A DNA stretch of 64,000 nt, taken from the human T2T-CHM13v2.0 reference genome, Homo sapiens. Positions 24,470 through 38,736 of this stretch are shown here, one piece after another (the stretch's first letter is position 1; the number at the start of each line of letters is the position of its first letter). Both the position numbers and the translations under genes were made by a program. The stretch lies in assembly GCF_009914755.1 (NCBI RefSeq), contig NC_060944.1; one strand, written 5' to 3'. Below the pieces are notes generated by a model. The model searched no databases and was not told where the DNA came from. It saw nothing but the letters and a program-made list of their open reading frames with translations.

Positions 24470-25275
24470 CAACCTTTCAACATGTGCGATTCACTGGTAT
24501 TTAGTACATGTGCAGTATTGTGCAACCACTGCCTAGATCCAGAACATTTCCACCACCCCGAAAGGAAACCCTGGACTCACGAGCCATCACTTCCCATCCC
24601 TCCAACACCCCAGCCCCTAGAAACCACTCACTTAGTTTCCATCTGTGTGAATTTGCCTTTCCATATTAATGGAATCATGTACTATGTGGCCTTTCACATG
24701 TTCACCCATGCTGTAGTGCATATATGGTATGTAGCATGTAGGTACACATTTTATTTCTGCATCAGTTGATGGCCATTTCAGTTTCGGTTGCCTCCACTTT
24801 CTGGCTATCATGAATAGTGCTGCAATGAACATCTGTGTACGAGTTTTTTGTTGGTTTATTTTGAGACGGAGTCTCGCTCTGTTGCCCAGGCTGGAGTGGG
24901 GTGGCGGGATCTTGGCTCACTGCAACCTCTGCCTCCCAAGTTCAAGCGATTCTTGTGCCTCACCCTCCTGAGTAGCTGGTACTACAGGTGTGCGCCACCA
25001 TGCCTGGCTAATTTTAATACAAAAAATGATTTTTGTATTTTTAATAGAGACGGGGCTTCACGATGTTGGCCAGGCTGGTCTCAAACTCCTGACCTCAAGT
25101 TGATCCACCTGCCTCGGCCTCCCAAAGTGCCAGGATTACAGGCGTGACCCACTGTGCCCGGCCTGTGTATAAGTTTTTGTTTGAATATCTATCTTCAGTT
25201 CTTTGGAGATATACCCAGGAGTGGAATTACTGGATCATATGGTAATTCTGTTTAATTTATTGAGGAACTACCACC
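24470..25275 (-). mobile_element. L1MB-like 3' fragment interrupted by an Alu (24846-25163)
   Basis: ttgtgcaaccac...agaacatttccaccacccc...tgaatagtgctgcaatgaacat...atatacccaggagtggaattactggatcatatggtaattct. Confidence 0.85.
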
Positions 25276-25297
25276 TAAGCACTTCAAATATATAAAT

Positions 25298-25610
25298 AGA
25301 GATGGGATCTCACTATGTTGCTCAGGCTGGTCTTGAACGCCTGGGCTCAAGCGATCTTCCTTCCGTCTCAGCCTTCAAAGTGTTGGGATTGCAGGTGTGA
25401 ACCATTGTGCTCAGCTGACCTAAGCACCTTTTAAAGCACTCATGATCCTGGGGAACGCTCACAACAAGGCAATGAGGGAGGCTCTGTGCTGCCCCCATTC
25501 TGCAGATGAGGAAACTGAGGCTCAGAAAGCAGAATTCATGAGCCAAGGTTACACTGGTGAGAAATGATGATGTCAGGCCTGTTGGATTCCAAACCAACTT
25601 GAACCTAAAG
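25298..25610 (-). mobile_element. FLAM (25298-25420) and MIR (25425-25610)
   Basis: Antisense monomer; MIR core cccattctgcagatgaggaaactgaggctcaga. Confidence 0.75.
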
Positions 25611-25867
25611 CTGAGAAGGAAGAGTGTGAGAAAAAAGAGAGATTATGAGAGCAGTAACAAGGGTGACTTCGGTCCACACTTAGCCTCTTGAGTTGCCATC
25701 TGTGGAAAAGGTGAGGAAAGAGGTAAAAGTCAGTGTTTCTCTATCAAACTTGCATGGATTCCCACCCCCTCCTGCTCCGTCCTGGCTGAGTGAGGTTGGG
25801 CAAGCTGGTTCACCTCTCTGTGCCTCAGTTTCCCCAGTGAATGGTGCTAAGGAGAAAAACTCCCTCA

Positions 25868-26199
<332 letters not shown>

Positions 26200-26729
26200 T
26201 TTAATAAGGCTGGCCTGCTGCTATGGTTATCAATGTTGTTATTATCCTTTTCTACACAAGGGTCCCCCCAGCCCCAGAATCCCATGCTCTTGTTTCGGGT
26301 GCAGCTCTGGGGCAAAAGGGAGTCAGGGACCCCCAGAATCTTCTCCCCAGGGTTGGAAATGTTGGGTGGCCCAGAAGTAGAAGTAGTGTCTACTTCAAAA
26401 GTCCCATGTCCATGCTACAACTGAATGTTCCAGATCAGAAAACAGCACATAGTTTTCCAGAAATGCTGGGACCTTATCTCCTCAGGAGTGAGAGTAGCCT
26501 GGACCCATTAATTCACCAGAAACACATTGTATTTTAGGCCAGAAACAATAATAACTGTGGCCTGTTAAGTGGATGTCAGAGAATAAAAATCTAATCTGAA
26601 TTTGTAACTCTGTCAGAAGGAATGGGGTGACCGAGAATTCCACAGGCGAGTTTTCAACATGGACACAGGGTGGGGGGTCCCTGAGCCTCTCTGCTGAGGT
26701 TTTGCACAGATCAGGGCTTGTGGAGAACA

Positions 26730-26935
26730 ATGGGGACATTCTTTGAGCACTTGCTGTGTGCCAAGGCACAAAACAACCCTGGGAGGCTGTACTGTTAGAA
26801 GTTCCGTTGTTCAGATGGGAAACTGAGGCCCAGAGAGGTGGAGACGGTTGCCCAGAGTTGAACAGCTAAGAAGCGGCTGAGATGGGGCTTGAACCCAGAC
26901 AGTCAGGATCTGACTGGAGCCCAAACTCTGAACCA
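26730..26935 (-). mobile_element. MIR
   Basis: cagatgggaaactgaggcccagagagg...cttgaacccagacagtc. Confidence 0.75.
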
Positions 26936-27889
26936 CGTGTGTCTTTCTCAGGGAAGTCTGGAAAAATGTGGTTTAGTGTTCTGCACAATGAAGTAACTTG
27001 TTCAACTGAGGTCACTGGCTGATGGTGGGAGTCACTGATGGAGGAAATGGGGAGAGGGCCCAGGACCCCCCAGGAAGTGTCCCCTGTCTCCTTTGCTGGG
27101 TATTTTCCTTCCCTGACTCTTGGCCTGTTTCTTTCTTGGTGAGTGTATGTGGGGTGGGGTTAGTGAGAAAGGGAGACCCCAGCTCTGGCGTTGCGGGAGT
27201 GTTAGGATCCAAGGCCAGGCCTGCAGCCCTGGGTCCCTCCTGCCTGGGAGGTACCTGGGGAAGTCTGCAGCCTGTCTACACTGGTGAAGCCTCAGCCCCA
27301 ACCAGCCCCCTGCCCTGCACTTGCCAACTGGGCACCGCCACTGTCGGCACCACATCCCCAGGGTGTGTAACAAGTGTCACAGCCTCACCCAGCCTCAGTT
27401 TCCTCCCCTGGAAAATGGGGATAGCCACGACACGTGGTGGGGAAGGTTATATTTACATGACCTGGGCTGTTACTCTTATTCCTGCCTCCAGTAAGAAGCC
27501 ACGTGGAGTGTCTGCCATGCTGAGGAGAGGGCACCCCTGGCCGGAGCCCAGCTGGATGTCAGGCCTGAGGCTGGATGTCAGGCCAAAGCTGGCTCCAGCC
27601 CAGCAGCCTGACACGAAGGGGAGGGAGGCCTGAGTCGGCCAGACTCCTGAGTCACTGTTTCCCGGCTCTGCCAGGCCAGGCGGGAAAAGGGGGAGCGGGG
27701 CGGAGGGAGGGGAAGGGGATAATCTGGGGGAGGGAGGGAGTGGAGAGTGAGACACCAGTTGTAACCATTGTTGGGTGGGACAGACAGAAAGCCACCTGCC
27801 AGGGGGGCAAGGAGATTCTGGGGTGTCAGAGTGGGGTCCTTGCACTTCCCTGCATTATAGGCTGCAAACTCCTCCCTCCCTCGCCACCA

Positions 27890-27937
<48 letters not shown>
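27890..27937. repeat. (CA)~23 microsatellite with one interruption
   Basis: Direct read. Confidence 0.95.
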
Positions 27938-27942
<5 letters not shown>

Positions 27943-28096
27943 TCAGCTTCACAGCTTTCCTTCTCTTTCTTGAGTGTGTTGACCAGGTTCCAGCCTCAGG
28001 GCCTTTGCACTGGCTGTGTTTTCTGCCTGGAACACTTCAAGGTTCTTTCTCAAATCTCAGGCTTCAGCTTAAATGTCACCTCTTCAGTGAAGCTGT

Positions 28097-28674
28097 CCAG
28101 GCTGGAGTGCAGTGGTGCCATCATGGCTCACTGCAGCCCCAACCTCCCCGGGCTCTGGTGATCCTCCCACGTCAGCCCCTCGAGTAGCTGGGACCGCAGG
28201 CGTGCACCATCATGCCCTGCTAATTTTTGTATTTTTCTGTAGAGATGGGGTTTTGCTGTGTTGCCCAGGCTGGTCTCGAACTCCTGAGCTCAAGTGATCC
28301 ACCAGCCTTGGCCTCCCAAAGTGCTGCGATTGCAAGCCTGAGCCACCACACTGGGGCCTGCCTGAGCTTTCTTTTTCTTGAGACAGAGTCTCGCTTTGTC
28401 GCCCAGGCCAGAGTGCAGTGGTGCAATCTCGGCTCACTACAAGCTCCGCCTCCCAGGTTCACCACCCGGGTTCACACCATTCTCCTGTCTCAGCCTCCCA
28501 AGTAGCTGGGACTATAGGCACCCGCCACCATGCCCGGCTAATTTTTTGTATTTTTTTAGTAGAGACGGGGTTTCACTGTGTTAGCCAGGATGGTCTCCAT
28601 CTCCTGACCTCGTGATCCGCCCGCCTCAGCCTCCCAAAATGCTGGGATTACAGGCGTGAGCCACCACGCCCGGC
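28097..28674 (-). mobile_element. AluJ-like (28097-28360) and AluY-like (28368-28674)
   Basis: Antisense bodies; the second has ttagccaggatggtctc and caagctccgcc. Confidence 0.88.
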
Positions 28675-28724
28675 ACCTGCCTGAGCTTTAAGTGTGCTCT
28701 TCCTACTCCCCCTCCCAATTCCTT

Positions 28725-29310
28725 TAGTTCATCCATTCATTCATTTATTTGCCCGGAAGGTATTGCGCACCTCCTTCGGGCAGGGCCCTGCTTTAAACAG
28801 TGAACAGAGTAGACAACCTGCCTGCCCTCATGGAGCCATCACTCCACCCAAGGAGATGGCACAATGAGCACACCGCACACTGGGCTGGAACAGGTGTCTC
28901 TGGAGGAGCCAGGCACAGGTGGGGGAGCCAGGCGCAGCTGGGGGAGTCAGGACATAGCGCGGGGGCTTTCCCTGTTGGAGGGGGTTGAGTACGGTGTCTC
29001 AGAAAGTGATGCCAGGGAGATCTGCAGGACGAATCGAAGGAAGCCATGTGGGTGTCTGCGGAGAGAGAGTTCCAGGCAGAGGGAACAGCCAGTGTGAAGG
29101 CCCTGAGGCAGGGGTGTGGTGGGCAGAGTCAAGGAGCAGGCAGGAGGCCAGTCGGGTGGGAGCAGAGTGGGCGAGGCCAGGAGGTGAGGCCAGCAAGGGG
29201 ACGGGGCGGGCAGGTGGGGCAGGCAATGAGGAGGATGTGGCTTTTGCCTTGAGCCCCTGGAGGGTCCTGAGCAGAGGGGCTGCAGAGACATGGTCAAGTT
29301 CCAGGTGGGG
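28725..29310 (-). mobile_element. L2
   Basis: catccattcattcattta...cctgccctcatggag...ttccaggcagagggaacagccagtgtgaaggccctgaggcagg. Confidence 0.8.
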
Positions 29311-29784
29311 TTAGGGCGAGAACTGACCTTCCAGGCAGACAGGCAGGGTCCCCCCACCTTGCCCCTGCCCTGAGATGAAGCGCCAGCCTTGGATCAGGAC
29401 CCTGTCCAGAGGTGGGCCAGGGCTCTCAAGCCAGACTCGAGTCTGCACTGGGTAGGGACAGCTTCCCACGGCCAGCCTTCCCCGTGGAGGATTGCTTGCG
29501 GGGGAGGGGTCCCCTAAGTCTCTTCTTCTCTTTCTCCCTCTCTTTCGTAACCATCAGCCTAGCCAGACCTTTGGTCAGGCCTGGTGGAGAGAGTGTTCTC
29601 TGTCATCATCTGGCCATGGGAAAGGTGAAGTAAAAGCCACCAGTGACGGAGAGAAGCAGCCTGTGGCCAGCCCAGCACCACCCTCACCCCACGCACCCGT
29701 AGGCTGAGTGCCTCATCCCTTGGCCATGGTCCCCCAACCTCCAACATAATCAGGCCCGTGGGAGCCTGGCCAGAACTGTGGCCA

Positions 29785-29795
29785 GTGACTCAGCA
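29785..29795 (+). promoter_or_regulatory. Perfect ARE / MARE motif (NRF2, BACH1, NF-E2)
   Basis: GTGACTCAGCA in non-repeat DNA. Confidence 0.45.
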
Positions 29796-30556
29796 GGAAT
29801 CACCCCAGACAGGAGCCAGAGCCCCGGTGTCCAGACCAGAAACCACCCCTGACCTGTTCGGCTGGGCAGGAACAGGGACAGAGCAGGCGGAAAAGCTCTC
29901 AGCCCAGGATAGCCGGGGGAGAGGGGCGTGGGAAGACCCCTGTCCAGATGCAGTTCGTGGCCACCCACCCTGATGGTGTCTGCTGAGGTCCAGATCGTAG
30001 TTTTAGGAGGGGGTTCGTGGCTGTTCTGCCCAATTCTGTTGAAGCCCTGAGCATCAGCCTGGCTTTGATGGGTTATACTGGGCTGTTGTGGTGTAGCTTG
30101 TCTATTCCATTGCATTGTTTCTGTTCTATTGTGTGTTCTGGTCTGTTCTAGAACCTACCAATCCTTTCTATTCTATTGTGTTTATTCATTCAGCAGATAC
30201 TTACTGACCACCCCTGTGTGCCAGGCAGTCTTCCAGATGCTCGGGTCACAACTTTGTTTATTTATTTATTTATTTATTTATTTTGTGACGGAATCTCACT
30301 CACTCTGTTGCCTAGGCTGGAGTGCAGTGGCGCGATCTCGGCTCACTGCATGGAGTTACAACTTTGGATGAAATGAGACCTCTGCCCCAGGGCGTTCATG
30401 GGGAGACCAGCAACTGATAAATATCAGGTAGTGGTAAGAGCTGAGAACAGCAGCAGCAGCATCAAAGCAGAGAGCCACAGAAGGAGCGAGGCGCAGGCTG
30501 CGTTCACAGTGCGGGGAGCAGGGTCAGGAGCAGCCGCAGCCTCACTGGCAAGATGA

Positions 30557-30868
<312 letters not shown>

Positions 30869-31169
30869 TGACAGTCTTGAGCAGAGTCGGGAAGGAGCTG
30901 AGGGAGGGAGGCACACAGATATCAAGGGGTCAAGAAAAGCATTCTAGGCAGAGAGAACAGCAAGTACAAAGGCCTGAGGCTGGAATGTGCCTAGTGTGTT
31001 CCAGGACTGGCCAGGAGGCCAGTGTGGCAGCCAAGGGGAGCAGTAGGGAAGATGGGGTGTGTGGGGACATGGCTTGGAGGAGGTTAAAGCCAGGTGGGAG
31101 AGAGCAAGAGGGACAGAGCTCTCCACGGTCCTCCTGGGGTGTGGGGCCAGCTGGATGGCCTTGGATAGG

Positions 31170-31520
31170 GGGTACGCGTGTGAGTGTGTGTCTGTGATGT
31201 GGACAGATGCATGTGGGTCCGCGTGTGGTGTTGTGCATCCCTGTGTGTCTGTGTGCGCCCATCCATGCACCTGCATTATGTGTCTCTGATTCAGGCAGTT
31301 AGTGCTTCTGTATTTGTAGGTGCCTGTGGGTATCTGCAGTGTATTGTGGGTGTGTGTTGTGTGTCTGGAATTTGGTGTGACTGTATAGGAGCAGGTCTGT
31401 GTGTGTCACGTCTTTTTTTGGCAGGTGCCTGGACGTGTGTGTGGAGTGTTGTTTGTCTGCCATGTATTTTGTGCATGTGTGGGGGTGTGTGTGTGCATTA
31501 GTCTATGTTCCTGTGATTGT
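31170..31520. repeat. Degenerate TG-rich block
   Basis: Interrupted GT runs. Confidence 0.8.
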
Positions 31521-31611
31521 GGCATGGTGACAAGTTTTGGGGTTCCTGGGGGTGCAAAGGCATGGGAAGGAGCCTTCCTGCAGACCCACCCCAGGCCAGC
31601 AGCAGCCCCTC

Positions 31612-31883
31612 CCCATGGCAGCAGATACACACTCACTCTGATGCCCCGGGAGGAGGCTGGGCAAGCAGCCCCAGAGCAGCAGGCAGCATCAGGTGGAGAA
31701 TGAGGGTGGGAGCTCAGTTCAGCCACCTTTTCTAGGCATTTCAGGGCCTGTCAGAAGCTCCCATGGAAGATGTGGAGGTTGGGGAGCAGTAGACATTCAC
31801 AGGCCTGGGAATGGGGGTGCTTGAGTATCTGGGGCACCCACGGGAAACTCTGGCCTCCTTGGGCTTAATGGGTGGAGCCGGGT
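31612..31883 (+). repeat. 272-bp local duplication, copy 1
   Basis: 265/272 identical to 34597-34868, no indels. Confidence 0.97.
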
Positions 31884-32290
31884 TTTTGCACACACGTGGT
31901 GGGGGCGACTACATGTACTGAGCTCATGCCAGAGTATGAGAGGAGACAGTGCCCGACGTATGCACAGATGAACACATGTATGGAAGGATAAGTATGTGTT
32001 CAAGGGTGGACACATGTGAACACAGACACTTGTATGTAGGGACAAACATTTGCGTGCAGGGACAGACACACACATCCAAATAGACACACAGGTGCAGGAG
32101 CAGACACTTATGTACACAAATGGATGTGAGTGTACATGGATAGACACACATGATTGTCCTTTGTGGGCCCCAGAACCTCTCCTGCACACACTTGCACACA
32201 CATGCACACTGACTCACATGCACTCACGTGTGTGCAGGGCCTGGTCTACCATGCACACCATGCATATAGGGTCCCTATGCATACAGAAAA
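31884..32290. repeat. Degenerate CA-rich block
   Basis: Interrupted acacacat-type runs. Confidence 0.75.
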
Positions 32291-32300
32291 TCCCCAAATG

Positions 32301-33207
<907 letters not shown>

Positions 33208-33714
33208 TGGGCCCAGAAAGAGTAAGGTCCTTGCCTGGGACCGCACAGCCAGAAAATGGCAGATTCAAGATTCAAGTACCCTGAAAGTCTTCTGTGCCCA
33301 GAAATACACACACAGGGCCCACACATCCACTTGGAAGGATACCCAGGACTGTGCATGCACTTACAGCCAGGACCGTGGCCACAGAAAGGCCCTGGGGTCA
33401 GCAGAGGCTGGAATGGTCAGTGGGAATGTTCCCTCCCAGCCAGGGCTTGCAAATTCCAGAACCTCCAGCGATAGCTTTCGGGAGCCTAGATTCTTCCTAC
33501 TCTAACCTCTGCCTAAAATTCCATTTCTTCTTCTTTTCCTTGCTTTAAGCAAGGGTCAGATGATTCCAATGCCTGCAGATGCTAGGCAGGTACTTAAATA
33601 AGTTAAGGGTGAAGCAATAGGGGTTGGTGGAGACTGTGATGGGTGTGATTCATTGCCACGTAGGAAAGCCGGCCCGCTGCTGTGGGAAAACGGGAAGTCA
33701 GAATTGTAATAGAA

Positions 33715-34160
33715 TTTTTTTTTTTAAAGTGACTGAGTCTTGCTCTGTCACCAGGCTGGAGTACAGTAGTGAGATCATAGTCCACTGCAGGCTGGAATTC
33801 CTGGGCTCAAAGGATCCTCCCCTCTCAGCCTCCTGAGTAGCTGAGTAGGTGCAAGCCACCACGCCCAGCTAATTTTTGCATTTTTAGTAGAGACAGGGTT
33901 TCACCATGTTGGCCAGGCTGATCTCCAACTCCTGGCCTCAAGTGATCTGCCCACCTCAGCCTCCCAAAGTGCTGGGATTACAGAGGTGAGCCACTGTGTC
34001 CGGCCCACACCTGGCTATTAAATTTTTTTTTTTTTTTTTTTTTTTTTTTAGAGCCAGAGTCTCTCCATGTTGCCCTGGCTGGTTTTGAACTCCTGCGCTC
34101 AAGCGATCCTCCTGCCTCAGCCTCCCACAGTGCTGGGATTACAGGTGTGAGCCCCTGCTC
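33715..34160 (-). mobile_element. Composite antisense Alus
   Basis: Alu arms with an internal poly-T at 34023-34049. Confidence 0.85.
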
Positions 34161-34596
34161 CCAGGCTGATTTTGTGGGCAAGAAATTCCAGTTGTTTCTA
34201 ACTCTGTGGGGGTCAAACAAGTCTCCTCTGTCCCTCTGTGGGTCTGGTTGGTCCGAGCACCCCCCGTTTGTAGTCTCTGCCTGTTCACTGAGGCCAGAGG
34301 CTGGGTGCTTGCTGTGTGCCCTAGGGAAGGGCCTGGGCTTCTCTGTGTTCAATTTCCTCATGGCCAGACCCTGGGGAGGACACACATGGTAGAGAGCTGA
34401 GACTCTCCAGGGGAGAGCCAGACCTGGACAGCAGAGGAAGGACCGTCATGCCTGAAAAAGTCATTTCTCTCCTCATCCCTACTCTGCCCGTCTCCTGCTA
34501 TCCGCAGGGAACTTAATGGAGAAAACACCCTGCCAGTGCCTGTTTTCCTTTCCATCCTGCGGTGGGTGCCAGCTCCAGATGAGTGACTCAGGGCTT

Positions 34597-34868
34597 CCCA
34601 TGGCAGCAGATAAACACTCGCTCTGATGCCCCGGGAGGAGGCCGGGCAAGCAGCCCCAGAGCAGCAGGCAGCATCAGGTGGAGAATGAGGGTGGGGGCTC
34701 AGCTCAGCCACCTTTTCTAGGCCTTTCAGGGCCTGTCAGAAGCTCCCATGGAAGATGTGGAGGTTGGGGAGCAGTAGACATTCACAGGCCTGGGAATGGG
34801 GGTGCTTGAGTATCTGGGGCACCCACGGGAAACTCTGGCCTCCTTAGGCTTAATGGGTGGAGCCGGGT
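34597..34868 (+). repeat. 272-bp local duplication, copy 2
   Basis: 265/272 identical to 31612-31883; offset 2985 bp. Confidence 0.97.
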
Positions 34869-34914
34869 GGATAGAGGGGTAGGGTGTCAGAATTGGCTTA
34901 AGAATTTCAGAGTG

Positions 34915-35366
<452 letters not shown>

Positions 35367-35440
35367 TCATCTCAGTCACTTGTGTCCTCAGCTCCCAGAC
35401 CAGAGTCTGGTATACAGCAGGCACTCAATAAAGATCTATA

Positions 35441-35990
35441 GGCCAGGCATGGTGGCTCACGCCTATATTCCCAGCACTTTGGGAGGCCAAGGCAGGAGGA
35501 TTGCTTGCTGCCAGGAGTTTGAGACCAAGCCCAGGCAACATAGCCTGTCTCTCCAGAATAAAAAACAAACAAAAACATTTAGCCGGGTGTGGTGGCACTC
35601 ACCCATAGTGCCAGCTCCTCAGAAGGCTGATGGGGAAGGATCCCTTGAGTTCAAGGCTGCAGTAAGCTATGATGGCACCACTGCACTCCAGCCTGGGTGA
35701 GAGAGTGAGACTCTGCCTCTAAAAAAGTAATAATTAAAAAAATATTTGTAGGCCAGGCGTGGTGGCTTATGCCTGTAATCCCAGCACTTTAGGAAGCCGA
35801 GGCGGTTGGATTACTTGAGGTCAGGAGTTCGAGACCACCCTGGCAAGCATGGTGAAACCCCATCTCTACTAAAAATACAAAAATTAACCAGGCGTGGTGG
35901 TGGGCACCTGTAGTCCCAGCTACTCAGGAGGCTGAGATATGAGAATCGCTTGAACCCAGGAGGACCTTGTCTCAAAAACAAACAAAAAAA
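35441..35990 (+). mobile_element. AluJ-like (35441-35745) and internally deleted Alu (35751-35990)
   Basis: Sense Alu bodies. Confidence 0.88.
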
Positions 35991-36019
35991 AGATTTGTAA
36001 AATGAGATGACAGAAAATA

Positions 36020-36195
36020 ATAGCTTTAGGGAACACTCACCCTGGGCTAAGAACCGTGAACAACCCTATGAGGTAGGTGTTATTATTATCTTCTATTTTA
36101 TACATGAGGAAACTGAGGCACAGAGAGGTTAAGTAATATGCCCAAGGTCATACAGCTAGCAAGTGACAACCAGGGTTCAAACCCAGGCCTGTCTG
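36020..36195 (-). mobile_element. MIR
   Basis: caaccctatgaggtagg...atgaggaaactgaggcacagagaggttaagtaa...cccaaggtcatacagctag. Confidence 0.88.
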
Positions 36196-37329
36196 CAAAG
36201 CCCAGGGCATATCACTTCCTGAATGGTTCGATGTCTGTCACTCCCACGGGGCGGTGAGGGCCATAAACGCTGGGCTTATCTGTTTTGGTCCCTGCTCATC
36301 TATTTTGGCCTGGCATATAGTAGATGCTTAATAAATACTTGTTGAATAAATTACAAAAGTCCTTTGGGTCCTCAGACAAGTCACTTCTCTCCAAGCTTTG
36401 GTTTCCCCATCTATGCAATGGGCATACTCTAAGTACCAACCTCATTGTGTTGTTTTGACAAAGAAATGAAAGAGTGGAGGAGGATTGTGGCTCTGTAGGA
36501 AAAGTTCCAGAGTCAGCCAGACTGGGTTCAGGTCTACACTGCCTACCCTTCCAGCTGTGTGACCTTAGACAAGTTCCCCACCCTCTCTGAGCTGCAGTTT
36601 TCTTATCTGTGTGATGGAACAGTTTGGAGGCTGGGAATCTGGGTTCTCTCGGGCCCCTGTCAAGCTCTGCCTCGGGTAACGACTGGCCCTGGAGCCTCCA
36701 CCCCTCAGATCTCAGGGGCACTAAAGCTTCTGAGGAGGTGGCTTCCGGACTCATCTCAGACGGGGCAACTCACCCCAGCAGGCAGGCAGAGAGGATGGCT
36801 CTCTTTGGGCCTGACCTAGGGCTAAGAACCTTCTTGTTGGAGTGGGACAGGGCCTGAGCTCAGAGTTCCAGCTGCCTAGCAGGTTTGAGCTTGCACTGGG
36901 TTAAGCAACGCCCTACCCCACTCCACCTCCAACGAGGGAGATGGGAGCTCTTTTGAACCAAGCACCTGCTGAGTGCCAGGCTCCTGCTCTGAAACCCCTC
37001 AACCTCCCTCTCCTGTGAGGTGGGGGCCAGGGCCATGCCCATTTCACAGACAGAAAAACAGGTTCCCAGAGGAACCTCACCCAAGATCATAGATCCCAGC
37101 TCCTCCAGCTCTGAGCTGTCTCCTCTGCCTGACCCTTCTTAGATCGAGGAGGGAGATGGGTGAGAACGTTCTCTCCAGAGAAGGAAGGAGTCTGATGACT
37201 CCACAGCAGGCAGGAATGGCAGCTCCAACTCTCTTTAGGGGTCTGTGTCATTTTGCAGCCTTAGGAGCAGCTTAATACCATTTTCAGATGAGAAAACAGC
37301 CCATCTTCTTCTGCGGGGTGAGCGCTCCT

Positions 37330-37775
37330 TCTCCTTACACTCCCTCTCTCCCTCCCCCTTCCCTCCGAGCCCTGAGTAATCTGCCCCTATCTCTTGCTGT
37401 TCCTCAGACATACTGGGCGCACTTCCACCCCAGGGCCTTTGCTTATACAGGTCCAGCTGCCTGGGACGCCCTTTCTCCTCTTCTCCTGGTGGCTCCTTCT
37501 CTTCCTTCAGGTCTCAGCTCAAACCTCATCTCTTCGGAGATCCCTCAGCAGCCCTAAAGCGCCCCCAGCTCAGCCCCCTGTTAAGTTTTCTTTCATGTCC
37601 TGGTCGTATCTAATGTGATCTCACTGGTTGCTTCCTTTGCTGGTTTCTTCTCTGTCTCCCCACTGGAAAGTGGGCTCCCTGAGACTGGGTCTGTCCATCC
37701 CGTTCATGCTGTGTCCCCAGACCTAGCCCAGTGTTTGGCAAGTCCGTGTCTGCTGCAGGAGTCTTCTGAATGAAC
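37330..37775 (+). mobile_element. L2
   Basis: cagggcctttgc...ccttcaggtctcagctcaaa...tgtctccccactgga...gctccctgag. Confidence 0.75.
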
Positions 37776-38670
37776 TTGGGCATAGCTAAATGCCTGGCAA
37801 AGTCTCTAGTGACATCAGCTGCCCGAGGGGAGACAAGTTGGAAGAATAGGGAAATCACACAAACTTGGGTTCAAATCCTGCTTGCTGTGTTACCTTAGGC
37901 AAGTGCCCTGTGCCCTCTCTGTTTTGTTTTGTTTTCTTTTTCTGGAGACAGGGTCTCACTGTATTGTCCAGGCTGGTCTGGAACTCCTAGGCTCAAGAGA
38001 TCATCCTACCTCGACTTCCCAAATTGCTGGGATTACAGGGGTGAGCCACCGTGCCCGGTTGCTCTGCCCTCTCTGCTTCTGGACTTCCATTTCCTCAGCT
38101 AGATTGAGGGATGACCACAGTGACTATCTCCAGGATTGTTGGAAAACCTAGAGATTCGATGAGAATGGGAACCAGCCAGCCCCAAGTGGTGCCCATATAC
38201 TGTCATCCCTGCCACCCTCTTCACCTTCCCAGCCCCGAAGTTCCCCAGCTGGCAGGGATGAGTGGAGAGGCCCCTGTCAATGGTGTCTGTGCTGAACAAG
38301 TCCCATTTGCTGCTGCCTCCTCCCCAGGCCAGAATAAACGTGCACCTGCCCCAGGTCACAGAGCACACAGCAGGGAGCCGAGGGGGTGGGGCAGGGAGCT
38401 GAGGGCTGGAGCAGGGCTCCTGGTGTCTCTGAGGACAAAACAGTCCATTGTGGCCCTGTGGGTATTGAGGGAATCACAGGGCCTGAATGGAGGCGGGTGA
38501 GGAGGCAGGGCAGGTGTGGGAGCAGGTGTCCACGGTCATCCCACGGCATCGCCCCTGGGGGGAAGTGCCCCCCTATGCGTGCCCTGGAACCGGCCTGGCT
38601 GGTCGGACACCTGTCCCCTGCAGCTTCTTGTCAGGAGACAACATAGGCGTGAGCCAGGCCCCAGGGGTGG

Positions 38671-38736
38671 GGTGGGATGAGGGAGTGGGGGGTGGGATGA
38701 GGGAGTGGGGGGTGGGATGAGGGAGTGGGGGGTGGG
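38671..38736. repeat. G-rich 20-bp minisatellite, 3.3 perfect copies
   Basis: (ggtgggatgagggagtgggg)3 ggtggg. Confidence 0.95.

Noticed and set aside
27022-27633. 203-aa ATG-initiated ORF
   Set aside because: Runs through a MIR fragment; no homology recognised and composition typical of GC-rich non-coding DNA
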